From contig JAHBTU010000005.1 of the NCBI GenBank assembly GCA_019638455.1, forward strand, positions 277,054 to 341,053: a DNA stretch of 64,000 nt. The letters are read 5' to 3'. Origin of the DNA: Saprospiraceae bacterium (GTDB lineage Bacteria; Bacteroidota; Bacteroidia; Chitinophagales; Saprospiraceae). Numbering within the stretch: the stretch's first letter is position 1; the number at the start of each line of letters is the position of its first letter. Positions 1 to 7,488 of this stretch are shown here, in pieces. Made by a program: the position numbers and the translations under genes. Under the pieces are notes generated by a model, which was not told where the DNA came from, ran no database searches, and worked only from the letters and a program-made list of their open reading frames with translations.

Positions 1-49
1 TTGGCCAATTGTCACATTCCCCCATCATCAAAACAACGCATTAAGAATG

Positions 50-1135
50 TCAAGTTATCCTTTGCCCTCCCGGGAAAGACCTTATCAGCAGTATGGCCGC
101 AAAAGACATCAAAGCCGTCAGGCCGACCACGATGGGGATGCCTGCTGCCGGATGCGTTTTCGTCTGCCAGTAACCCGACACCGACCACCAGTCCATCACC
201 AACACATGGACAAAGTAGATTCCAAAACTGGCGGCAGCCAATTGTTTTTCAACGTCGAGCAATGGCAACTTGTGCCACGACCATCGGGCCAACAAAAACC
301 AGCCGATGGCCGCCATGCCGACATTGGGCGACAGGTAATCGTAGAAAAAAGGATGGAAAATGCCACCTTGCGCCTTGCTTGCCCACCAAGTGCCGACTGC
401 GGTGATGGCTGTGCCCAACACAATGAGGCCAATGGCCAACGCCCTGATGCCCCGTTCGGATAACCGCCAAGGCATCGGCCCTTCGTCTTCTATCTCTGAC
501 CTTCCGCCCCCCGCCTCTTTGTTCCCCAAATAATACCCCAGCACAAAATAGCCGCAGTTGTTGGTGAAGAGCTCGAAGTAAATGCCGATGTGGATGCCGA
601 AAAACACCGATAGGACTTTGTAAACCCATGTGCCCAACACGACGCAGGCAAAAAAATACCAGTAGTCCCGCTCTTTGGCCGAGCGCGCCCAGGGGCGCAG
701 CACCGGATAGACCATGTAGAGACCGACGATGAGATAGATGAACCACAAGTGATAATGCACCGGGCGTTCCACAATGCCCTGAATGCCCTCCGCAATAGTC
801 GCAGGTATGCCTCTCGCCCGGTAATTGTAGTAACTGTATATGACCATCCAAAACAACGCGGGCACCACTACGCGACCAAATCTTTTTTTCAAAAAATTTC
901 CCAGTGGATAGTCTTTCCCCAACAACAAAAAACCACTCAACATCACGAACAGCGGCACCGAAGGCCGTGCCAAAGAAGCCCACAGATTGCCCGACCACCA
1001 AAAGAGGGAGTCACATTCGTGGTGTTCTTGAGCCACTGTGCCGGACGCATGAATAAGGATAACCAACAACGTGGCGAGGTTGCGCAAGCGGTCGGCCCAA
1101 TACAACGGCTGGCGATTGGCGAGCTCGGTACTCAT
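50..1135 (-). CDS. acyltransferase family 3 (OatA/NolL-like) integral membrane protein
   Basis: 361-aa ORF with many hydrophobic segments. The N-terminal LYWADRLRNLATLLVILIHA ... VPLFVMLSGFLL pattern matches what I recall of the acyltransferase_3 family. Confidence 0.75.
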   Translation of the reverse strand: MSTELANRQPLYWADRLRNLATLLVILIHASGTVAQEHHECDSLFWWSGNLWASLARPSVPLFVMLSGFLLLGKDYPLGNFLKKRFGRVVVPALFWMVIYSYYNYRARGIPATIAEGIQGIVERPVHYHLWFIYLIVGLYMVYPVLRPWARSAKERDYWYFFACVVLGTWVYKVLSVFFGIHIGIYFELFTNNCGYFVLGYYLGNKEAGGGRSEIEDEGPMPWRLSERGIRALAIGLIVLGTAITAVGTWWASKAQGGIFHPFFYDYLSPNVGMAAIGWFLLARWSWHKLPLLDVEKQLAAASFGIYFVHVLVMDWWSVSGYWQTKTHPAAGIPIVVGLTALMSFAAILLIRSFPGGQRIT

Positions 1136-1153
1136 CAGTTTGAAAGGTTAGTT

Positions 1154-1945
1154 TTAGTTCGCGGCAATTTTCCCTTCCATGTATAGGACGGCCTGCCCCG
1201 AAATCAACACACGGTCGCCAGCCAAGGTGCAAAGTAAGAAGCCGAGGCGCTCCGACACTTGGATGGCGCTGAGCGTGGTTTTACCCAAAATGCCCGCCCA
1301 ATAAGGAGTCAGGGTTGTGTGTGCCGAACCAGTCGCAGGGTCTTCGTCAATGCCGTAAGCAGGATAAAAGCACCGCGACACAAAATCGGACTGCTCGCCG
1401 GGGGCCGTGCAAATGAAACCTCTGGCTGGCACGGTTGACAGGGTGCGAAAATCAGGCTGGAGCGCCAACACTTCGGCCTGCGAATCGTAGATGCACAAAT
1501 AATCCTCCCGGCCAAGCAAAACCATGGTGGGCAGAATGTTGAATCCCTCGTGAAGCGCGGCGGGCATTTCAATGGGTTGCAACAGGTCGCTCGGAAAATC
1601 CAGGGTGAGCCAGTCATTATCGCGCTGCACATGGAGCCAACCGCTGCGACTTTGAAAGGAAATTTTTTCTGAAACGTTGGTTTTCAGAAGATTGAACACA
1701 ACATGGGCCGAAGCCAGCGTCGCATGGCCACAGAGTTGTACCTCTGTGGTTGGGGTGAACCACCGGATGTGATATGTGTCGGGCTTGTCTGACGGAACAA
1801 AAAAGGCCGTTTCCGATAGGTTGTTCTCGCGTGCGATGAGTTGCATCATTTCGTCGGTCAACCAACTTTCGAGCGGCACCACAGCCGCGGGGTTGCCCCC
1901 AAACAGTTCGGAGGTAAATGCGTCAACTTGAAAAATACGATACAT
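1154..1945 (-). CDS. PhzF family phenazine-biosynthesis-like isomerase
   Basis: ORF 1154..2047 trimmed to the Met at 1945 (cat at 1943-1945). MYRIFQVDAFTSELFGGNPAAVV is the typical PhzF/YddE N-terminus, with CGHATLASAH downstream. Confidence 0.85.
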   Translation of the reverse strand: MYRIFQVDAFTSELFGGNPAAVVPLESWLTDEMMQLIARENNLSETAFFVPSDKPDTYHIRWFTPTTEVQLCGHATLASAHVVFNLLKTNVSEKISFQSRSGWLHVQRDNDWLTLDFPSDLLQPIEMPAALHEGFNILPTMVLLGREDYLCIYDSQAEVLALQPDFRTLSTVPARGFICTAPGEQSDFVSRCFYPAYGIDEDPATGSAHTTLTPYWAGILGKTTLSAIQVSERLGFLLCTLAGDRVLISGQAVLYMEGKIAAN

Positions 1946-1979
1946 GAGGAGGTTGATTATAGGGCGACAAAAGTAGGTC

Positions 1980-2750
1980 TTACTGACCAAAGAACTCAAT
2001 TTCCAATCCATCGTGAGCCAATGCCACATTGTCGGGCAATTGGCCATTCATCTCGGCGGCCAGCCCCATTTGGTGGCTGACGTGGGTGAGCCAGGCCTGC
2101 TGTGGCGCAATGTCGGCCACAAAATCCAGCGCCTCAGAAAGGTTCATGTGCATAGGATGTTCGCGGTGGTGCAAGGCGCTTGTTATCAGGTATTTTGTCC
2201 CCGTGATTTTTGCTTTCTCATTTTCCGAAACCGCCTTCACGTCGGTCAGATAAGTCAAATCGCCAAAACGAAAGCCCAGAATCATCAAGTGCCCGTGTAT
2301 GATTTCGATGGGTTGCACCCGCACCGAGCCAATGTGAAAAGGGGTATCCTTGTCTATTTCGACCAATCGAATGCGCGGCACCCCCGGCACCGGGTCGCCA
2401 AACACATACTCAAACCGACGGCGCACCTGCTCGGCCACTCGTGGCAAGGCATACACCGTCATCGGGTGGCCAGAGCGGAAATTGAATGGGCGCACGTCGT
2501 CCAACCCGATGACGTGGTCGTTGTGTTCGTGTGTGAGGAGAACGCCGTCCAGATGATGCACGCTGGTGCGGAGCATTTGTTGCCGAAAATCCGGCCCGAC
2601 ATCAATGACGATGTTGGTGGCACCATCGGAAAGCCACGCCGAAGAGCGCAAACGATTGTCGCGAGGGTCGGTGGAAACGCACACCGCGCAGCTGCACCCG
2701 ATGACGGGGACGCCCTGCGAGGTGCCTGTGCCGAGGAGTGTAAGTTTCAA
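1980..2750 (-). CDS. MBL-fold metallo-hydrolase (PhnP-like)
   Basis: 256 aa. HEHNDHVIGLDD is the HxHxDH motif, and the N-terminal GTGTSQGVPVIGCSCAVC is PhnP-like. Confidence 0.85.
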   Translation of the reverse strand: MKLTLLGTGTSQGVPVIGCSCAVCVSTDPRDNRLRSSAWLSDGATNIVIDVGPDFRQQMLRTSVHHLDGVLLTHEHNDHVIGLDDVRPFNFRSGHPMTVYALPRVAEQVRRRFEYVFGDPVPGVPRIRLVEIDKDTPFHIGSVRVQPIEIIHGHLMILGFRFGDLTYLTDVKAVSENEKAKITGTKYLITSALHHREHPMHMNLSEALDFVADIAPQQAWLTHVSHQMGLAAEMNGQLPDNVALAHDGLEIEFFGQ

Positions 2751-2989
2751 GGTGTGAAGAAAAATAAAAGCGACGCAAACTTCTCAAAAAATAGTCCGAC
2801 GCGCCAAAAGTTTTCCCAAAAGGGGCAGAAAAAGCACCAAATACCCCGTTCGGGGCAATTTGTCGGATGAAAGACAAGACGTTATTCTGCTGCAAGAAAA
2901 ATTGTCTTTCGCAAAACAAAACATCTTCAAAATCACGTTCTTTCGCCATTCCACCATTTTGTTCATTAACCGATTTTATTCCCGCCGTT

Positions 2990-3268
2990 ATGATGAATTA
3001 CTTCAGACTCATCGAACCTTATCTCTTTGGCAAACTTTGCGCCGAGGAACAACTGGCCTTCGAACGTCAATTGGTGCGCAACCCCGCGCTCGCCAATGAA
3101 TTTACCATTCGTTTCTCACTCGTCCGGGTGTTGCTTGCCAACCCCGAGCACCCCTTCCGCAAGCTACAGCAAAAAAAAGACGCCCGCCGCAGTCCCTACC
3201 TCTGGATTTGGCTGGCTTGTGCTTTCTCGGCATTGGAAGGGCTGTTGTTGGGATTTGTCTTGTCTTAA
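2990..3268 (+). CDS. hypothetical small membrane-anchored protein
   Basis: ORF 2867..3268 trimmed to the Met-Met at 2990. It has a C-terminal hydrophobic helix (YLWIWLACAFSALEGLLLGFVL). I recognise no family. Confidence 0.4.
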   Translation: MMNYFRLIEPYLFGKLCAEEQLAFERQLVRNPALANEFTIRFSLVRVLLANPEHPFRKLQQKKDARRSPYLWIWLACAFSALEGLLLGFVLS

Positions 3269-3291
3269 AACAGAAGAGGAGCCTTGCAAGT

Positions 3292-3341
3292 CATCAAGGG
3301 TCACAAAGTGCCTTCGCAGGTCTTGTAGATGACCCTTGATG
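3292..3341. terminator. 12-bp-stem hairpin between convergent genes
   Basis: catcaagggtca (3292-3303) is the exact reverse complement of tgacccttgatg (3330-3341). It lies between the stops at 3268 (+) and 3346 (-). Confidence 0.4.
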
Positions 3342-3345
3342 TCTC

Positions 3346-4338
3346 TTAACGTCCCTTAACAATTCTGAAAAGCCACTTCAACGGCCTGTTGCCTGCTTTC
3401 CAAACCTGATGATACGGCGCGAGTTGCGCCCCAAACGCGCGAAACCCGCGCTCTATTTCGTGCTCCATGCTGCCTTCAAAATCGAGGCTCAGCCCCCTTT
3501 CCGAGCAAAATTCCATCGCTTTCCAAAACAACGCCCACGCGGCGCAGGAAGACTTGAACGTCGGGTTGGCACCGGTGAGCAGCACCGCGGCGCGGCGCTC
3601 GTCGAAGGCAAGACAGAGGCCAGCGTGGGGCGCTCCCAAGTGTGGCACACCTTCGAGGTGTGCCACACTTTTGTTTTTGTCGCGGGCGATGAAAACAGCC
3701 GATTGACGGCGCTCCGCCAAAGCCGAACAGAGACATTGGAAAGTTTCAAACGAGTAGGGCGGGCGGCGGTTTTTTCGGAAAAAAGACATTTCGTGAAGTC
3801 GGAAAAGCAACTCTGCCGCGTCGTTTTCTTGGAAAATCTCGATGGCTTGCGCTGCTTTTTTCAAATCGGTGCGCAAGGTGTTTTTGAAACCCGCCTTTAT
3901 TTTTTCCAAATCAGATAAATCGTTGATGAGGTAGGTGTAGCGCGTCGTTTGCCGAAAACCCGCCCAATGGAACGGCAGCCAGTTTTGCACGTCGGGGTGA
4001 AAATTTTGCTGAAAAAACGCCGCGCGCGGTAGTTGGCGAATCAAGTCGTCAAGGACTTTTTTTTCAAAATCGAGGCGTTTGTGAGGTTTCAAATTTTGGG
4101 GGTAATTCAGCCAAGGGCCCGCGTAAGAAGTCAAGGGCGGCTGCTGAATCACCGAAAGGCCGAATCGCCGCGTTTTGTAGAAAGGCATTGCGCCCAAAAT
4201 CTTCCCGCCGCCGTCGGTCGCCAGGCAAACATCCCACTCGCCGTCGGCGCACACGGCATCGAGCCACCACGGCTGCATGGGCATGGGGACGTAGTGATTT
4301 TGACAAAATACGGCGTATCGGGCTTTGCGCTCGGACAT
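3346..4338 (-). CDS. FemAB-like / GNAT-superfamily acyltransferase (putative)
   Basis: ORF trimmed to MSERKARYAVF at 4338. It is about 330 aa, and its overall pattern resembles the Bacteroidota proteins usually annotated as FemAB-like GNAT. This is from memory only. Confidence 0.55.
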   Translation of the reverse strand: MSERKARYAVFCQNHYVPMPMQPWWLDAVCADGEWDVCLATDGGGKILGAMPFYKTRRFGLSVIQQPPLTSYAGPWLNYPQNLKPHKRLDFEKKVLDDLIRQLPRAAFFQQNFHPDVQNWLPFHWAGFRQTTRYTYLINDLSDLEKIKAGFKNTLRTDLKKAAQAIEIFQENDAAELLFRLHEMSFFRKNRRPPYSFETFQCLCSALAERRQSAVFIARDKNKSVAHLEGVPHLGAPHAGLCLAFDERRAAVLLTGANPTFKSSCAAWALFWKAMEFCSERGLSLDFEGSMEHEIERGFRAFGAQLAPYHQVWKAGNRPLKWLFRIVKGR

Positions 4339-4411
4339 CGTTGGGTGGTTTGGAGGGCGAAGGTCGGGGAATAACTCAACGGGCAAGCGCGATTTGCGCG
4401 ACAAAAGCGAG

Positions 4412-5548
4412 TCAGCCTCCGATAAAGCTCTCAAAATTGTCTTGGTGCACTACTTCGAAGGTGCTGTTGGGGTAGGCGTTGGCGAAGGCGGTGGGGACAC
4501 GAGAGGCTTTGTCCTGCCATTTGAATTCGAAGGCATTCAACTGACCTTCGCATTCTTCCACATAGTCAATTTCGACCTGCTCGTGGGTGCGCCAAAAATA
4601 GCGGTTGGGCCGCCAGCCTAATGCTTGAAGTCGTTTGAGGCGTTCGGCCACAAGGAAGTTTTCCCACAATGCGCCTTTGTCGGTTCGCAAATCCATGGGC
4701 TGGTATTGCTGGATGATGCTGTTGCGGATACCTGTATCGTAGAAAAAAATCTTGTTTTTCTTGCCGATTTCGCTGCGCAGGTTGCGGCTGAACGGCGGCA
4801 GGCGGAACACGACGAAGGCTTTTTCCAGCAAATCAATGTATCGCTCCACTGTGGGGTTGCTGATTTTGAGGGCGTTGGCCAGTTCGTGATACGACACCAA
4901 CTGTCCCACTTGCAAAGCGAGGAGTTGCAGCAGGCGTAGCAACACATCGGCTCGTTTGAGGTTTTCAAATTCCAGCACGTCCTTGTAGAGGTAGCGGCTG
5001 CTGAGGTTGTCGAGCAATGTGCGAGCATCTTCTTCGGGGGCGAATGCGATATCGGGGTAAAGGCCATAGCGCAGCACAAAATCAAGGTGTGCTCGTCGTT
5101 CGGCGGTGTTGAAGACTTGCCCCAACTCGGTGTACGAGAGCGGATACAGCTCAAAAGTCAGGGCGCGGCCAGTGAGCGGCTCTGCGGAGCGATTGGCCAG
5201 TTCGAAGCTTGAGGAGCCGATGGCGATGATTTGAATGGTCGGAAAGGTGTCGGCCAGCAGTTTGAGCGTTTCGCCGATGCCCGGCACATATTGCGCTTCG
5301 TCGAGCACCACAAGTTTTTTGTTGCCCAAAAAACGTTGCAAAGCCAAAGGCTCGCGCACGGACAAGGCTGACTGCACCGATTGGATTTCGCAGTTCAGGT
5401 AGAGACCGTCGTCGCCGAACGGCTCCAGAATTGCCTTGGAAAGGGTGGTCTTGCCTACTTGCCGCGCACCGTACAGAATTAGGATTTTGCCTTTGAAAAG
5501 CCAGCGCTCCATCTGGGCCTGCAAGTGACGCTGAACGTTTTTTTGCAT
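4412..5548 (-). CDS. AAA+ ATPase with C-terminal DUF4143-like domain
   Basis: 378 aa. Walker A is GARQVGKTTL and Walker B is LVVLDEAQ. The C-terminal EIDYVEE...FEFKW block is typical of the AAA_14/DUF4143 family. Confidence 0.85.
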   Translation of the reverse strand: MQKNVQRHLQAQMERWLFKGKILILYGARQVGKTTLSKAILEPFGDDGLYLNCEIQSVQSALSVREPLALQRFLGNKKLVVLDEAQYVPGIGETLKLLADTFPTIQIIAIGSSSFELANRSAEPLTGRALTFELYPLSYTELGQVFNTAERRAHLDFVLRYGLYPDIAFAPEEDARTLLDNLSSRYLYKDVLEFENLKRADVLLRLLQLLALQVGQLVSYHELANALKISNPTVERYIDLLEKAFVVFRLPPFSRNLRSEIGKKNKIFFYDTGIRNSIIQQYQPMDLRTDKGALWENFLVAERLKRLQALGWRPNRYFWRTHEQVEIDYVEECEGQLNAFEFKWQDKASRVPTAFANAYPNSTFEVVHQDNFESFIGG

Positions 5549-5685
5549 TCAACTTTAAATTTTCGGTATAATTTTTAAAAGTTAAGTTGCAAAAATAGGA
5601 TGTTTTGGTGCATCTTGCTGTATTTGTCCCACAAAAACCTTGTCGGTATAGGCTGAGGAAGTGGAGAAAAACAGGCTCGCCGTTT

Positions 5686-5695
5686 GGGGGGGGGG
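5686..5695. repeat. G10 homopolymer tract inside a small hairpin
   Basis: Ten consecutive G (5686-5695), flanked by ctcgcc (5676-5681) and ggcgag (5694-5699). It lies 138 nt upstream of the ATPase start at 5548. Confidence 0.9.
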
Positions 5696-5736
5696 CGAGT
5701 CTGTTGTGGGTTTTGGAAAATAGGATTTTTGAGGGT

Positions 5737-5826
5737 GCATTTCAAATTGCCGCAAGTAAAACTGAACGCTGTAACGATAAATGCAGGAATAGCGTTCCGG
5801 CGTACAAAAGCGACAATTTGAAATGC
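5737..5826. repeat. 90-bp nested palindromic element
   Basis: The outer arms gcatttcaaattg (5737-5749) and caatttgaaatgc (5814-5826) are perfect 13-bp complements, extendable to 17 bp with one mismatch. The inner arms are gaacgct (5764-5770) and agcgttc (5791-5797). Confidence 0.8.
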
Positions 5827-5930
5827 CCCCATTTTTAACCGTCGTTGCTCTGATGTTTTAGCACCAAAAGATGTGCCTTCACACCCGATGAGAGGTTTTA
5901 AAACAGTTCCTTACCTTTCGCCGCGATTAT

Positions 5931-6109
5931 TATACCCAGATTAAAGAGGATTTGAACCTGCCCGTTGGCAAGGCAGGGATTTCCTTGATTGATTTGCATG
6001 ATTTCCAAAGGATTGCGAGCACCGTTCGTTCAAAACCACCTTGTCCGACCCTTTACTCAGGGCTTGCCCGGCCAAGTGAAGCGGACGGGGCTGATTTGCG
6101 TCGACTATA
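5931..6109 (+). mobile_element. Rep1 interspersed repeat, copy A (about 180 bp, no TIR, TATA-bounded)
   Basis: Near-identical to 20484-20663, 43383-43562 and the reverse complement of 47807-47987. It begins tatacccagattaaag and ends gcgtcgactata. It ends 11 nt before the ATG at 6121. Confidence 0.85.
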
Positions 6110-6120
6110 CTTGAAACGCC

Positions 6121-6627
6121 ATGACTTTAGGCCAATTTTTCGACTATCTCAATGCCAACCCAGCCGTCGTGCTGGCATTCTTCCTCTTTATTCCTTTCAC
6201 CGCGCTGCTGGCAGGCTTCATGGGCAAAGGCGAGGGGCATCTGTCTCCGTGGAAATACCTGTATTCCGCACTTGTCTATTTGGTGTGTGTACCGGGCATC
6301 TTTGCGGCGGCGCTGGCCGTTTACTTGTTTTTGTTTCAGCGAGGCGGCAACATCTTCAATGTCAATCTGCTCACGCAGGTTTTGCCCATTGCGAGCATGA
6401 TTGTCACGCTCGGCATCATCCGGCGCAACACGCCTTTCAACCACATACCCGGCTTTGGCAAATTATCAGGTCTGATGACGATGATTTTCACCGTGTTCGT
6501 GCTCATGTATTTTCTTGACCGCCTGCATTTGGTGGCGTGGGTGCATGTGCCAGTACAATACCTCTTGCTTATCGTTGGAGGGCTGTTGTTGCTGTTTCGA
6601 TTTGCCCTCAAAAGCTTTGTTTCGTAA
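6121..6627 (+). CDS. hypothetical polytopic membrane protein
   Basis: 168 aa with 4-5 hydrophobic helices. Its stop overlaps the next start (TAATG at 6625-6629), which suggests an operon with lptC. Confidence 0.6.
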   Translation: MTLGQFFDYLNANPAVVLAFFLFIPFTALLAGFMGKGEGHLSPWKYLYSALVYLVCVPGIFAAALAVYLFLFQRGGNIFNVNLLTQVLPIASMIVTLGIIRRNTPFNHIPGFGKLSGLMTMIFTVFVLMYFLDRLHLVAWVHVPVQYLLLIVGGLLLLFRFALKSFVS

Positions 6628-7220
6628 TGCAGATAAAAAAAAGATGTTGGCCGCCGCCTGTCCGTTCGCGCTGGGCTGGTGCTTGGGTGGGCGGAATCGT
6701 GGGTTGCTGGTTGCTTCTGCTTGCTTGCAACGACCTAAAAGTGGAAAAACGTCAGGTGTTTACGCAGGACGATGTGGCGATAGAAGTCGGTCGCGATGTG
6801 GAGATTTTGTATTCGGACAGCGCCATCGTGCGGGTGCGGGTGACGGGGCCGCTGCTGCACAACTACTCTGACCGCGAAAACCCGCGACAGGAATTTCCCG
6901 AAGGTGTCAAGATTGATTTTTTGGAACCCGACCTCTCTGTGCGCAGTGTGCTGACGGCCAAAACTGCCGTGCGTTATCAGGAAAAAGGTCAAATCATCGC
7001 TCGTGACAACGTAGTGCTCGTGTCGGCGGAGGGTGAGAAGCTGGAGACCGAGGAATTGATTTGGGATGAGAAAACGGCGAAGATCTATACCGAAAAATTT
7101 GTAAAAGTGACCAAGCCTGGCGAGGTCATATACGGGTACGGCCTCGAAGCCGAGCAGGATTTCTCCTATTGGAAAATCACGGTGCCAAAGGGTCGCATCA
7201 AGGTGGAACAGCTGGATTAG
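6627..7220 (+). CDS. lptC: LPS export system periplasmic protein LptC
   Basis: ORF 6537..7220 trimmed to MQIKKR at 6627. It has an N-terminal anchor followed by EELIWDEKTAKIYTEKFVKVTKPGEVIYGYGLEAEQDF, which is LptC-like. Confidence 0.7.
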   Translation: MQIKKRCWPPPVRSRWAGAWVGGIVGCWLLLLACNDLKVEKRQVFTQDDVAIEVGRDVEILYSDSAIVRVRVTGPLLHNYSDRENPRQEFPEGVKIDFLEPDLSVRSVLTAKTAVRYQEKGQIIARDNVVLVSAEGEKLETEELIWDEKTAKIYTEKFVKVTKPGEVIYGYGLEAEQDFSYWKITVPKGRIKVEQLD

Positions 7221-7253
7221 GTGCTGAAATGATTGCTTCCGGTTGGCATCACC

Positions 7254-7376
7254 CACACTACCGGACATTTTCAAATTTGCCACGAAGTCACAAAGGCGCA
7301 AAGCAAAATACTCATTGATTTGCCGCATTTTGTGCCTTTGTGTCTTTGCAGCACAAAAATAATGTCCAGTAGTGTG
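7254..7376 (+). mobile_element. Rep2 MITE, copy 1 (123 bp, about 16-bp TIR)
   Basis: The TIRs are cacactaccggacatt and aatgtccagtagtgtg (15/16 complementary). The interior matches 43222-43324 and the reverse complement of 57443-57557. It lies 33 nt after the lptC stop. Confidence 0.85.
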
Positions 7377-7488
7377 GTTTTTTGCTCATATTCCGTCCCG
7401 TTGGGGCAAAAGTTCGGGACGACTCATGTTACTTGCGACAATTTGAACTGCACCCGTTGAAGGGGTGATTGGTTGCTCCCCCATGTCA

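Noticed and set aside
5952-6100. Rep1 as a small protein gene. Both a forward frame (NLPVGKAGISLIDLHDFQRIASTVRSKPPC...) and a reverse frame (WPGKPLSTGSDKVVLNER...) stay open across the copies.
   Set aside because: There is no conserved ATG and no consistent start. Substitutions in copy B are mostly non-synonymous in both frames. Two open frames over 180 nt is not unusual in GC-rich DNA. The ORF-track hits simply read through from the flanking sequence.
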